Positions 20,120 to 30,666 of a stretch of 64,000 nucleotides of DNA are shown here, one piece after another. Position 1 is the first letter of the stretch. Each line of letters begins with the position of its first letter. Position numbers and translations under genes: made by a program. A model generated the notes under the pieces. The model did not search any database and was not told the DNA's origin. It saw nothing but the letters and a program-made list of their open reading frames with translations. The DNA comes from Candidatus Omnitrophota bacterium (GTDB lineage: Bacteria; Omnitrophota; Gorgyraeia; Gygaellales; Profunditerraquicolaceae): NCBI GenBank assembly GCA_041662125.1, contig JBAZTA010000003.1, forward strand, positions 331,330-395,329, read 5' to 3'.

Positions 20120-21808
20120 TTATACTCCTTTATCCTGCCATACCAGTTTCTGATCAAGTTTGCCATCATCAAAAGAAACAAAGTTTGATAAATAGGGAAA
20201 ATACGGAGGCGTTGTCCCATGCATCATCCTGTCATCGTAAACAAAATTCCTGCCGTATCCATGCGTTGGCGTTGAACCGGAAAACGTCCCGAACGCCCCG
20301 TAAAAATCAGTAATAGCCCCCCCCAACAAAGTTGCTACTCCTCGAGGAGAATCTTGATTATAATCATCAACACGAAACACTCCGTGAGGAGCCATAACAA
20401 CACCATGGATCTGGACATCATCTGGAGCTGAAGTCCCGACGCGGACATCCCCCCCCCAGGAAAGAATTCCCAAGACATTAGTATACCCGTCTGCGTTCAA
20501 AGGGCTTGCACTATACTGTTGATATGTTAAATTACCACCTATAACAATATCACGCTCAGCTGAAACAGTAACGTTAGAGGCCTGCTGAACAACTCCCGAT
20601 AGGCTGCCCACATCATCATTCGTATAAATCAGAATACCTTCATTACCGAGGCCATCAGGAATTCCCTGATAGGTATCGGTGCTGCCGCTTACGGTCTGAA
20701 CCGTCGTTTGATTCGTGGTATAATTCACGGTAACAATTTTTGTAACCCCATCTCTCAAGATAGTATAGACCGGGCCATCAACAGTTGTTCCCATAGTGAT
20801 TTGCGGATCATCAGAATGATTCCCCTGGTTTCCGCGTATATAAATACCACCCAATACATTCGTACCATCATTCGGGACAGAGATCCCATTTCCAGGTTCC
20901 GCAATCCCGCCTAACGCTTGATTTTTGAGATCCGTTTGAGTGATAGAAGAGGTAAGAGTAATAATATCGTAACCTCGTTCAAATGTTTTCTCAAAAACAG
21001 GAACATCAATGGCCGCATTATGGTCACTATCTAATAACGTTGACCATCCATTGTTATAATATCGCGCCGTATTCTGGTGTTGCGCTACATCTTCGGTAAA
21101 ATGCGCTGACGGATTATTGGCAAAACTAAAGCGTTCATTGGTATGCACCGGGCCGGTAAAATTTGTGTTGGCAGTAAACCAAACGGTTGTGCCTGACGGT
21201 GTCCCGTGATGCGAGGTAAAAAGCGCGAATTTTGCAAATGTATCGCGCCGGGTGGTAATCGAAAACGTCCCTTGCACTAACCGCGTTGTCTTACTCGTAT
21301 TAGGCGTGGTACGGGTGACTGAACCAATTGACTCGATGGAAAATTTATACGGAAATAAATAGACTTCTCCGGAAGGATTGGTAGGCGCGCCGTTAGCTTC
21401 TATCGTGATCGTCGCTGTATAATTCCCCGCAACTGCAGTATCTAAACTAGGAGATGCAAGCGTAAGCGTGGCTTTGCCTGCGGCAACCGAAAACTGCGTG
21501 TCACCGGCAGCATACGCGTAATCACGCAGCAAACCTAAAGGATTCACTGTAGTCACATACCCGCTAAACACACTTGCCAGATGTACTGTCGCCACTTTAC
21601 TTTTTAAATCTGTCCTGATCCTTTCGCGCAATTCCGAGAGTCCGTGGTTAGCTCCTGCTTCAGCAAGATTCAATGCCTGTAAAACAAACTCCTGCCGGTC
21701 AGTCGCTCTTTTTTCAGTCATGAGCCCGGTAAAATACACGCCGGTCAAAACTAATAATACCGCCATGATCACCATAGATATGATCAAAACAACCCCTTTT
21801 TTATTCAT
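20120..21808 (-). CDS. Large pilus-associated protein with a PilX N-terminal domain (putative tip or adhesin component)
   Basis: N-terminus MNKKGVVLIISMVIMAVLLVLTG...TEKRATDRQ resembles the PilX_N domain. The remainder is T/S/G/N-rich. Confidence 0.6.
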   Translation of the reverse strand: MNKKGVVLIISMVIMAVLLVLTGVYFTGLMTEKRATDRQEFVLQALNLAEAGANHGLSELRERIRTDLKSKVATVHLASVFSGYVTTVNPLGLLRDYAYAAGDTQFSVAAGKATLTLASPSLDTAVAGNYTATITIEANGAPTNPSGEVYLFPYKFSIESIGSVTRTTPNTSKTTRLVQGTFSITTRRDTFAKFALFTSHHGTPSGTTVWFTANTNFTGPVHTNERFSFANNPSAHFTEDVAQHQNTARYYNNGWSTLLDSDHNAAIDVPVFEKTFERGYDIITLTSSITQTDLKNQALGGIAEPGNGISVPNDGTNVLGGIYIRGNQGNHSDDPQITMGTTVDGPVYTILRDGVTKIVTVNYTTNQTTVQTVSGSTDTYQGIPDGLGNEGILIYTNDDVGSLSGVVQQASNVTVSAERDIVIGGNLTYQQYSASPLNADGYTNVLGILSWGGDVRVGTSAPDDVQIHGVVMAPHGVFRVDDYNQDSPRGVATLLGGAITDFYGAFGTFSGSTPTHGYGRNFVYDDRMMHGTTPPYFPYLSNFVSFDDGKLDQKLVWQDKGV

Positions 21809-21857
21809 GACTGTAACCCCCTCATTTTCTTACGCTGCTTTTATACCCGGCAGTTTT

Positions 21858-22484
21858 CTAAAACTCGCCTGCAGTAGGTTCCTCAATTGACGTTGAGCTA
21901 TCTAATGGAACACTCCAATTCCTGATATTTATCTTTGATACAAGAGTAAAATCATTATCTTGCCGGGTCGTAATTGAAACCAAAACAACCGGGCAATCGC
22001 TGGCCACCGCAGTACAATTAAAAACCGCGCATCCGGCGCATCCGCCGCTAAAACTGATTGATTGGATATGATCGGTTACCAAAACCGAAGGTTGCGTGCC
22101 TACTTTCATCAATAACTGGGTAGCATCTGAGACGTTACGCTTAAAAGTAACTTTCTGCAATGTCGTAATATTACCATTCGTATCAAAAAGTGGCTGATAA
22201 AAATCAAGGCGCTCCGCGGAAGTTATCGTGATTGGGTAATGGTTACCCGAAATAACCCAATCGGGGTTTGATTGCCGAAGATAACGGCCAATCGTATCGA
22301 TAGCGACCCGGGCAGAACGCTGTTCTTGCAGCTTGGACTGTCCGATACGCCAACTGCGGTCAGAACTCGTCAGTATCGTTACGATCGCGCTGAACAAGCC
22401 GACAAAAATAGCCAGCACCACCATCATCTCAAGGAGCGTAACACCGTTGTGTTTGAAAATCTTTTTTATCCAGATACGCGCCAT
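21858..22484 (-). CDS. Minor pilin (PilW-like), prepilin-type N-terminus
   Basis: GVTLLEMMVVLAIF prepilin cleavage/methylation motif. Confidence 0.65.
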   Translation of the reverse strand: MARIWIKKIFKHNGVTLLEMMVVLAIFVGLFSAIVTILTSSDRSWRIGQSKLQEQRSARVAIDTIGRYLRQSNPDWVISGNHYPITITSAERLDFYQPLFDTNGNITTLQKVTFKRNVSDATQLLMKVGTQPSVLVTDHIQSISFSGGCAGCAVFNCTAVASDCPVVLVSITTRQDNDFTLVSKINIRNWSVPLDSSTSIEEPTAGEF

Positions 22485-22492
22485 AGCTTCTC

Positions 22493-22981
22493 CTATTTCG
22501 CAATCAACGTAACAAGCTCTATCGGCGAATCAAGGCGAGTATTACTGATCATAGTATCTTCGCCGGTATCAAGTTCGCCGTTAAAATTCCTGTCTTCTCC
22601 CATAATCCTGCGGCGGGTCGTAAAACAAACCACCAGCCTCACCCGTTTTAAATCAGTGTAACCGGTGTCATAGACTTCAATACGGCCCTTGGCGGTTGCC
22701 GCAGTGAAACCATCAACGTCAAACGTAGTCGCATCAAGGGCAGACAAATTATCAAAAGCTACTTTTTTGATATCCTCCATTTTATCCTGCAGAGCATTCG
22801 TTGCCATCGTATAATCTCGCGACAAATCAGAGAGGATAAGCATATTGACATAGGTCAATAACAAACCGCAGAGGCCAAACGCCAATATTCCGACAGTTAC
22901 CAAGAGCTCGATCAAGGTAAACCCGCGGGACAACTTTGATTTTTTACTTTTATCTTTTCGAGAAAACATACTCATGAGCAT
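22493..22981 (-). CDS. Minor pilin (PilV-like), prepilin-type N-terminus
   Basis: GFTLIELLVTVGIL canonical class III signal. Confidence 0.7.
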   Translation of the reverse strand: MLMSMFSRKDKSKKSKLSRGFTLIELLVTVGILAFGLCGLLLTYVNMLILSDLSRDYTMATNALQDKMEDIKKVAFDNLSALDATTFDVDGFTAATAKGRIEVYDTGYTDLKRVRLVVCFTTRRRIMGEDRNFNGELDTGEDTMISNTRLDSPIELVTLIAK

Positions 22982-23005
22982 CGTTTATCCCTTGTAATAA
23001 AAAGC

Positions 23006-23431
23006 TTAACTCTCCTCTTTTTTACTGCAACTTTCAGGCGGCATTTTAATACCACCGGTAGTGATCGTATAAATCGATTTACCCGTTACGCTGCATCGAT
23101 CCGGAGTCGCCCGGCAGCTATACCCATAGGGATCAAGCCGGGAAAAAGTATATACATACCCTTTAACCGGAGATACAACAGTATAATCGACTGTAAGATA
23201 TTGAGGCTTTGTTTGAGTCAGGATAGCCAAAGAGACGGGGTAAATTCCAACATTGTTCTTAGCATAATTTTCTAACGCGGTTGAGATAGAATTTAACGTA
23301 TTTACTGCATTTTCTTCATTTTGCTTAATATTGAATTTGATCAAATTCTCTATGCCAAACCGCAACAAAAGCGCCACAATTGCTATTGTTATTGTTATTG
23401 TTACAAAACTTCTCGCTTTCGAATTATTCAT
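23006..23431 (-). CDS. Pilin-like protein with a non-canonical N-terminus
   Basis: Hydrophobic N-helix plus a pilin-like alpha-beta region, but Ser replaces Gly(-1) and there is no Glu5. Contains in-frame (ACAATA)x3 encoding TITITI. Confidence 0.45.
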   Translation of the reverse strand: MNNSKARSFVTITITIAIVALLLRFGIENLIKFNIKQNEENAVNTLNSISTALENYAKNNVGIYPVSLAILTQTKPQYLTVDYTVVSPVKGYVYTFSRLDPYGYSCRATPDRCSVTGKSIYTITTGGIKMPPESCSKKEES

Positions 23432-23579
23432 TATTATATTTATTCCAATCGGTTATACGCATAAATATTTTAACATAAAAATTATTTTCTGCAAGAAATA
23501 TTTGAAAATCAAGAAGCCCAGCCTTCTTTCGAAAGCTGGGCTTCTCAGAAAAAAAACCGATCAAACCTTTATTACTTGC

Positions 23580-24011
23580 TTAGGTGCAAGCAGCTGCGGA
23601 CAATAAACCGCCGGTCGTGATCGTAAACGTTCTGGTACCTGTACCTGATGTTACAGCTCCTGCGATACAACCAATAGGAGTCGCGGTACAAGAATAACCT
23701 GTTGCTAAGAATGTTCCGCAGGCAAAGGTATACCCTTGTCTTTGATTGGCGCCGGCTGCAATATAATTTTCACTTGCAAACGGAGGAATAGCCGCAACTA
23801 AATCAACCGCGAAATCAGTAGGATAATTACCATTGTTAGCAGATGCGAACGATTCACAAGCAGTAGCAATTGTCTTTAACGTCGCTTGCGCTGCTGATTC
23901 GTTAGCATTAACACGAGCACGTAAAAGGCCAGGTATTGCGATAGCTGCAAGTAACGCTACGATAGCAACTACAATCATGATTTCGACTAACGTGAACCCT
24001 TTCTTATGCAT
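23580..24011 (-). CDS. pilA: Type IV major pilin
   Basis: KGFTLVEIMIVVAIV prepilin motif, AAQATLKTIATA helix; GGAGG RBS. Confidence 0.85.
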   Translation of the reverse strand: MHKKGFTLVEIMIVVAIVALLAAIAIPGLLRARVNANESAAQATLKTIATACESFASANNGNYPTDFAVDLVAAIPPFASENYIAAGANQRQGYTFACGTFLATGYSCTATPIGCIAGAVTSGTGTRTFTITTGGLLSAAACT

Positions 24012-24499
24012 GTCAAAACCCTCCTTTCTAAGGTATGATTGACATTTGGACGTTTTTGCTCACCTTCTTATCCTTACTACTTAATTAAGAGAACTTCTAC
24101 TTTTTCCTGCTTAAGGCTTGCAATCACATCCTGTCCCCTTCTTACTACTCTTTTTTCTTTATATCACCTCCTCCCTTATTTGTCAAGAAAAATTCACAAA
24201 GGCATAAAAAAACCTATTCTTCTTCCCTGTCAATAGCAAGCCGGAACATACTCTCGTATTTGCTTACACAGCAGGGCTTTGGAATAGGTAAATTAAAATT
24301 TTCCTATAAACTATTTTATAAAATTATTAAAAAAACGTTTTGTTATCCCTATTCCGAAAGCCTGTTTACATATAACTACAATATAAGTGTGCCATAAGAA
24401 TACCGATATTACCAGCACAATAAGTTATTCGGAACAGTCCGTAAATTAAAAACTAATTGCTAAATAGAGAAAATGTCAAACCGACTTTGACTTGTTTAA

Positions 24500-26668
24500 T
24501 TAATTATTCGATTGAGTGCCGGGGCGGGGAGGATGGTATGTCTGATCAAGTTTAAATTCCGCTTCAGGGAATGCTTTGAGCCTAAAAACCAGCCAAAAAG
24601 TATGGCCATTTTCCTGGCTTCTATTATAGGTGAAATCGGATTCCCAACAATGCAGGTCGCGGGAAATGGTATATTCCTGTTCTTTAAACCCTTTATTCCG
24701 GGCTTCGGCAAATTGATACCGCTCATAAATCCTGAACCTCCATTTTGGCGACAGCCTCCAGTTGAACTGAGACGTTAATTCTTTCCCGCCCTTTCTTTCA
24801 TAGCGGTGTCCTATTCCAAAAGAACGCTCGTTACCTAAACTTGCATTCAAATCAACATTGATCTGTTTAAAATAACTCTCTCTTGAATCCAAGAGAGAAT
24901 CAAAGTCGATACGCAACCACGAATACGGCAGCAGCTCTAAATCAAACAGAAAATCAGAGAATCGAGACCCCCCGATACCCTTAGGCTTGAAATCATACGC
25001 AGTCGAAGCTGTAAATGTAGCCAAATCAACGGAATACATTTTATTTTGCGAATCAGGGCGTTTTGTCTGAAGCTTATTGACCAATTCCAATGTCAGCTTG
25101 TTGCTTCTGGTAATAGTATCAATCTCGTCAAAAGCCTGTAATTTAGATGCGGGAACAGTCGGTTCATGGTTAAAAGAATATTTAACCCCCGGAGTAATAA
25201 TGTGCCTGAGGCTATTAATGTCCATACCGAATAAATCAGAATTAACATCGAATATACGGTAAAATTTAGTACTCATATCCAATCCGCTGTAGAAAACCGT
25301 ACGGGGATCAACTGCCTTACCTTCCTTGTTTTGAGAATAATATGTCTCGCGCAGCCCCAGATAAGGCGTGAGCGCAAAAATAGATGCCTTAAAAGGCAAA
25401 GAAAATTGGTTATAGGTATCAAACCTGGTGACAAGGTCATCCAGGTCAGCTAACGCCTCGCTCTTTTTCTGCAGATTGGAAAATGAAGAATTATTCCTGA
25501 AATAAAACGGGCTGTCTCCTAACTGGAAATCAGGCAAATCGTAAGTCAATTCCGGCAGCTTATTAATCTGAGAAAACCAATGATTTGTACGCTTTTGGAT
25601 AAGCAGATTAAGGTTCGAATAATCAAAGGCATGCGTGACTAAAGCATACGTCAACGGTTGAGCATCCTGCTCATATTCACGATAAAAATAATCCCTAAGG
25701 AAACTCGCATCCGGCTCAATAGAGCGCTTCGCATCCCTGATCTTATAAAACTCCAGCGTTGCTTTGGTGCGAGGGTCAATATCCCATTTATGCCTCAAGC
25801 GTACCAGGTAGCGCTGAAATTCATTCGGCTCTGTAGAGAGGGTCTTTGGCTTCTCATCCGTATAATAAAATTTAAAATCACCCTTGCCAAACCGTGCAGT
25901 TTTATAATTAGTCCCAAAACCTGTAGCTGTCCCCAGTTTATTACGGTAATCCAGGTAAACCCTTCCTTTTATAGTATCAGTGAGCTCACACCTCCAGGCA
26001 CTCAAGAGATACGGCCCCCATGCCCCGCTTTTTCCGGGAGAAAACTCCACATGGTAAAGGGGATCCTTGAGGCTGTGGTTAAAAAACGGAAGGTACAAAA
26101 ACGGCATTCGGTTCACATACAGCGTATCGCTCTTTGTCTGAATTTTATCCCCGGGGAAAATTTTTATTTTTTTTGCCTGGATCCGGTAATGCGGATGGCT
26201 GAAACTGCAGGTAGAAGCATATCCGTCAATTGCTTCAAATACAGATTCACTCACGCGCTCGATCCGGTTAGCGCTGCCGAAATACGGGGTAGACCTGAAT
26301 TCTCCGTTAAGGATAATACCGGTCTTGGTGTTAAAGTTGTAGGCGATCTCCTGGCCTTCAATCACGCCTTTTTCATCTTCTACGCGCACCTTCCCGGCGG
26401 CTTTGGCATCTTTAGTCTGCGTGTTAACGGTGATCTTATCGCAGGTAAGCTTGGTCCCTTTATACATAATAAGGACATTGCCGCTTGCGGAGATCTCTTT
26501 ATTATCAGTCGAATACTCTACCGTATCTCCATTAACAATGATCGGCTGTTCAAGGATATTTTTATCATCGCTTTTTTGCGCGTAAGCAATACCGCATATT
26601 ACGGCACTGAAAAAACCAAGGACACACAAAAACCAGGCAATGCTTATACGTTTACGCGCAAGTATCAT
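24500..26668 (-). CDS. lptD: LPS-assembly protein LptD
   Basis: Signal peptide, OstA-like N-domain, long C-terminal beta-barrel; 722 aa. Confidence 0.8.
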   Translation of the reverse strand: MILARKRISIAWFLCVLGFFSAVICGIAYAQKSDDKNILEQPIIVNGDTVEYSTDNKEISASGNVLIMYKGTKLTCDKITVNTQTKDAKAAGKVRVEDEKGVIEGQEIAYNFNTKTGIILNGEFRSTPYFGSANRIERVSESVFEAIDGYASTCSFSHPHYRIQAKKIKIFPGDKIQTKSDTLYVNRMPFLYLPFFNHSLKDPLYHVEFSPGKSGAWGPYLLSAWRCELTDTIKGRVYLDYRNKLGTATGFGTNYKTARFGKGDFKFYYTDEKPKTLSTEPNEFQRYLVRLRHKWDIDPRTKATLEFYKIRDAKRSIEPDASFLRDYFYREYEQDAQPLTYALVTHAFDYSNLNLLIQKRTNHWFSQINKLPELTYDLPDFQLGDSPFYFRNNSSFSNLQKKSEALADLDDLVTRFDTYNQFSLPFKASIFALTPYLGLRETYYSQNKEGKAVDPRTVFYSGLDMSTKFYRIFDVNSDLFGMDINSLRHIITPGVKYSFNHEPTVPASKLQAFDEIDTITRSNKLTLELVNKLQTKRPDSQNKMYSVDLATFTASTAYDFKPKGIGGSRFSDFLFDLELLPYSWLRIDFDSLLDSRESYFKQINVDLNASLGNERSFGIGHRYERKGGKELTSQFNWRLSPKWRFRIYERYQFAEARNKGFKEQEYTISRDLHCWESDFTYNRSQENGHTFWLVFRLKAFPEAEFKLDQTYHPPRPGTQSNN

Positions 26669-27315
26669 TATTTTTTGGGGATTTTCTTATAGTCCTCTAA
26701 AAACCTCTGTATTCCAATATCAGTCAGCGGATGCTTAATCAGCTGTTCTATAACGAAAAAAGGCACGGTAACAATATCCGCGCCGATTAAAGCCGCATCA
26801 ACCACATGCAAAGGATTACGGACAGAGGCGACAATAATCTGAGTTTTAAACTTGTAATTTTCATATATCTGTTTTATTTGACGCACCAGCTCAATCCCTG
26901 ACTGGCTGATATCATCAAACCTGCCGATAAAAGGCGAAACATAGTCCGCTCCCAGTTTGGCAACTAAGAGCGCTTGAGTTGGCGAAAAACACAACGTAAC
27001 ATTTGTTTTAATATTTTTCCCGGATAATGCCTTAACAGCCTTCAAACCCTCTTTAATTAACGGGATTTTAATAACGATATTCTTTGCGATCTTTGAAAGT
27101 TCAAAGGCTTCTTCCAGCATGCCCTCAGCATTTAAACTAATGACTTCAGCGCTTACCGGGACATCCACTGCAGAACAAATTTCTCTTAACACTTCCTTGG
27201 CCGGCCGGTTTTCTTTCGCCAGTAATGACGGATTCGTTGTTACGCCATCAACCAACCCTAAAGCAGCCACTTCTTTAATTTCTTTTATATTAGCGGTATC
27301 AAGAAAGATCTTCAT
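26668..27315 (-). CDS. tal: Transaldolase (short Tal/FSA type)
   Basis: [10 protein letters not shown]...GVTTNPSL signature; 215 aa. Confidence 0.85.
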   Translation of the reverse strand: MKIFLDTANIKEIKEVAALGLVDGVTTNPSLLAKENRPAKEVLREICSAVDVPVSAEVISLNAEGMLEEAFELSKIAKNIVIKIPLIKEGLKAVKALSGKNIKTNVTLCFSPTQALLVAKLGADYVSPFIGRFDDISQSGIELVRQIKQIYENYKFKTQIIVASVRNPLHVVDAALIGADIVTVPFFVIEQLIKHPLTDIGIQRFLEDYKKIPKK

Positions 27316-28250
27316 TATTTTCCCCTGGCCATACGCTGCTCCCGGACAAAAAGAGCAGCCCCGATCACACCTGAGTCATATCCCAGTGACGCTTTGACTA
27401 TTTTTACGTTTTTTGCCTGCACGCTCATCGCACGCTCGCGGACAACTTTACGGATGGGATCAAAAAGCACTTTGCCTGCGCCGGCAACCCCCCCGCCAAT
27501 AACGATACAGTCTGGATTCAGGAGATTAACGATACTGGCAAGCACCAGGCCCAGACGCTTGCCCACATTTTTCCATACCTGAATTGCGATGCGGTTTCCA
27601 GATCTGGCAAGCGAACTTACTTTTTCCAAAGAAATATCTTTCTTAAATAATCTTTTGACTTCTGCGGCGATCCTCTTATTTCCGATATACGCTTCCAGGC
27701 AGGCTATCCCTCCGCAATTACAGCGCGGCCCATTTTCATTGACAGGCATATGCCCGATTTCTCCGGCAGCATACGTTGAGCCGCGATACAGTTTTCCTTC
27801 AAAAATCAAACCACCGCCGACACCGGTACCTAAGGTAAGGCATACAACGTTTTTACACCCAACTGCCGCCCCTGTTCTATATTCAGCTAAAGCCATAAGA
27901 TTAGCATCATTATCAATAACGACCCTGATCCCTAAACGCTTTTTGAGTATAGCGCTGAGATGTACTTCTTTCCATCCGGGAATATTAGGAAAAAAGTGAA
28001 CTATTCCCTTATCCGCGTCTATCGGGCCGGGCAACCCCAGGCCCAAGCCGATCACCTGAGATTTCACTAAATGATTTTGCCTGATAAGTTGCTCGACCGA
28101 CTCTACGATGCCTGAGATCAACGCATCTTTATTAAGGAACTGCCCGGTACGTATGATTTTTTTGCTCTGTAACCGGCATAGCGCGTCAAATAACGCGATC
28201 TTTAGATTCGTTCCTCCGAGATCTATCCCAATGATGTATTTGGTTTTCAT
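27315..28250 (-). CDS. ROK-family sugar kinase (glucokinase-like)
   Basis: [10 protein letters not shown]-terminus; ROK Cys/His zinc motif region. Confidence 0.8.
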   Translation of the reverse strand: MKTKYIIGIDLGGTNLKIALFDALCRLQSKKIIRTGQFLNKDALISGIVESVEQLIRQNHLVKSQVIGLGLGLPGPIDADKGIVHFFPNIPGWKEVHLSAILKKRLGIRVVIDNDANLMALAEYRTGAAVGCKNVVCLTLGTGVGGGLIFEGKLYRGSTYAAGEIGHMPVNENGPRCNCGGIACLEAYIGNKRIAAEVKRLFKKDISLEKVSSLARSGNRIAIQVWKNVGKRLGLVLASIVNLLNPDCIVIGGGVAGAGKVLFDPIRKVVRERAMSVQAKNVKIVKASLGYDSGVIGAALFVREQRMARGK

Positions 28251-28304
28251 GTGTTAGTATTCTATATTAAAGTAGTTTTAATTGCAAGGGATATTACGGC
28301 ATTT

Positions 28305-28354
28305 AAAGACCGGGACTTATCAATAATAAAAAACTACTATCCAAGTCCCGGTCT
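28305..28354. repeat. REP-like palindromic hairpin, family member 1 of 2
   Basis: 13-bp perfect stem AAGACCGGGACTT / AAGTCCCGGTCTT with a 24-nt loop, between the ROK start and the DGC stop. Coordinates +/-1. Confidence 0.5.
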
Positions 28355-28372
28355 TACATTATTACTGCAAAC

Positions 28373-29377
28373 CTACCGCTTATCGGCAACAGGCCACACA
28401 CGCACCTGATTGCGCCCCGCTTCTTTTGCTTTATATAAAGCAGCATCGGCTTTTTCTATCAACGAATCCATCTCCCGGGAATCATCGGGAAAAACTGATA
28501 TCCCGATACTGATGGTAACCTTAAGCTCTTCATCATAAATCTTCGTTGATGAAGCCTCTAAAGACTGCCGGATACGTTCAGCAGCAAGGACTGCTCCATC
28601 ACGGTCAGTCTGCGTCAAAATAACCGAAAACTCTTCCCCCCCATACCGTCCTACCATATCGATCTGGCGCAGGTTATCTTTGATCACTTTTGCGACCTCT
28701 TTTAAGATCGCATCTCCTACTAAATGGCCGTAATGATCATTAAACCCTTTAAAATGATCGACGTCAAGCATCAAGTACGCAAAGCAATAGTTCAATTTTG
28801 TCGAATAGTCAATCTCTCCTTGAAGCCTTTCTAAATAATGCCGGCGGGTAAAAACATTGGTGAGCGTGTCAGTAATAGCCAAATCCTGGATACGTTTGTA
28901 AAGGATAGCCCGCTTCATACCCAAGAAGAACTGTTGAGCCAGAATATGGAACTTCTCCTTATCAGGCTCAGGGATCCCGTCGGCTACCAAATAACCGGAT
29001 AAATTGCGATGCAAGTAAAGCGGCAAGACAATGTAATCCTTATAGGCAGAAACATCATCATTGCCTTTCAAGAATTTACAATCTTTAAACTCCATATATT
29101 TGTTGATCTGGGCAAGAAAATTATTAAAAACGGCCTCCTCTTCAATCGATTTACAGATATCGCGGGTAATCTCATAGAGTACCAGCGTATTCTCGAGGCT
29201 TTTCTTTAATGCCGAGTTCTCACCCTTAACAGACTCAAGTTCCCCGCACAACCGCGCGTATTCTTCCTGCACGTTTTCACATTCACGCCGGGCTCTCAAG
29301 AAATACCGGGAGAACATATTATTAAGCAGCAGGTAAGAAACAACCGTTATAACAGCTAAAGCGATATTCGCCCACAT
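28373..29377 (-). CDS. Membrane-anchored diguanylate cyclase (GGDEF)
   Basis: GGEEF active site with an RxxD I-site (RQID) upstream; N-terminal TM plus coiled-coil. Confidence 0.85.
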   Translation of the reverse strand: MWANIALAVITVVSYLLLNNMFSRYFLRARRECENVQEEYARLCGELESVKGENSALKKSLENTLVLYEITRDICKSIEEEAVFNNFLAQINKYMEFKDCKFLKGNDDVSAYKDYIVLPLYLHRNLSGYLVADGIPEPDKEKFHILAQQFFLGMKRAILYKRIQDLAITDTLTNVFTRRHYLERLQGEIDYSTKLNYCFAYLMLDVDHFKGFNDHYGHLVGDAILKEVAKVIKDNLRQIDMVGRYGGEEFSVILTQTDRDGAVLAAERIRQSLEASSTKIYDEELKVTISIGISVFPDDSREMDSLIEKADAALYKAKEAGRNQVRVWPVADKR

Positions 29378-29378
29378 A

Positions 29379-30647
29379 CTATCCGCTCACCCGATTCCTT
29401 CCCAACCGTTTTGATTCATACAATGCCTTATCCACTTTAAGGATAAGTTCAGTTTCATCGCGCGCGTCTTCGGGAAAATTAGCGACTCCCACTGAAACCG
29501 TAACACTTGTCTTTTGCTGGCGCAAATCGACCTGCGTACTTTCTACTTTCTTACGCAGTTCTTCCGCGAGCACAAAAGCTTTCTGCTTATCAGCTCCTGA
29601 TACAATGATACAGAATTCTTCCCCGCCAAAACGCCCCGCGACCGAACTCTTCTCTTTAAAGAAATCCTTCATAACCAGGCTTATCTCTTTTAACACCAGG
29701 TCTCCTGAGGTATGGCCAAAGGTATCATTGTATTGCTTAAAGAAATCAACATCAAGCATCAATAAAGAAAACGTGCTGTTCTGGCGCAGGCACCGTTTGA
29801 CTTCCTCGTTAAGGCGATCCATAAAGTATCCTTTGCGGTACAACCCTGTCAAGCCGTCATGTATAGCCAGATCTTCTGTTTTTAAATACAACTCACCGTT
29901 TTCCAATGCCACCGCACCTAAATCGCAGATTGCCACCAGAAAACGCAGATCATCTTGAGTATAAAAATTACTCCCAGGGTTATCCAGCCGTAAGATCCCC
30001 AGGAATTTATGTTCGCTGACAAACGGCGCGCTGACGAGAGAGGACATCTCGCGCGCATCCTTGTTTTTAACTTTCCCCAGATCAAAACGGAAATCATTAT
30101 GCATATCCTGGACAAAAAGCGGGCTTGCATGGCGCAAAACCCACCAATCAAACAAATCCCCCTGCTTTTCCTTAATAACAAGCTTGCGTTCTTCTTTTTT
30201 AGTTTTATAGAGGCTTAATTTATGGGTCTCCGGATCGATTAAATACAAGATACAGGCGCCCTTATTATCGGCAATGATCGAGAATGCGATCGATACCAGG
30301 TTATCGGCGATCGAGGCCATTGACAGGTTCCGGCTGATATCCTCAATAATTTCTTTCAGGCTGTTATACCGTTTAATCTTCTCCTGCAGGGAAATTTTGC
30401 TTGTATGTTCCCGTGCATACTCATCCTTAATGATATTTACCTTTTCCTGGAAATCTTCTTTAAAATGGCCGCAAAGATTAAGCCGTTTTGAATTTTGATT
30501 AAAAAGCACAAAGGCAAGTATTCCCTGAGCAGAATAAAAAACAAAAAGAGAAAGAGGAGAAAAGAATTTTATGAAAAATGAGATAAAAAGAGGCAAGCAC
30601 AAACAGATGAAGAATAAATAAATATGGGAGGTTGGTTTTTTTGCCAT
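29379..30647 (-). CDS. GAF-domain diguanylate cyclase (GGDEF) with an N-terminal membrane anchor
   Basis: GGEEF motif, no RxxD I-site; two N-terminal TM helices followed by a GAF-like region. Confidence 0.85.
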   Translation of the reverse strand: MAKKPTSHIYLFFICLCLPLFISFFIKFFSPLSLFVFYSAQGILAFVLFNQNSKRLNLCGHFKEDFQEKVNIIKDEYAREHTSKISLQEKIKRYNSLKEIIEDISRNLSMASIADNLVSIAFSIIADNKGACILYLIDPETHKLSLYKTKKEERKLVIKEKQGDLFDWWVLRHASPLFVQDMHNDFRFDLGKVKNKDAREMSSLVSAPFVSEHKFLGILRLDNPGSNFYTQDDLRFLVAICDLGAVALENGELYLKTEDLAIHDGLTGLYRKGYFMDRLNEEVKRCLRQNSTFSLLMLDVDFFKQYNDTFGHTSGDLVLKEISLVMKDFFKEKSSVAGRFGGEEFCIIVSGADKQKAFVLAEELRKKVESTQVDLRQQKTSVTVSVGVANFPEDARDETELILKVDKALYESKRLGRNRVSG

Positions 30648-30666
30648 TTGTGTAATGGCTAAAAGG

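Noticed and set aside
24012-24499. Sigma-54 (-24/-12) promoter for pilA in the 488-bp pilA-lptD spacer
   Set aside because: A TGGCAC hexamer exists on the minus strand at about 24385-24390, but the spacing to a GC/TTGC -12 element does not fit (GG-N10-GC fails) and it is about 370 nt from the start codon. No convincing promoter of either sigma-54 or sigma-70 type could be assigned by eye.
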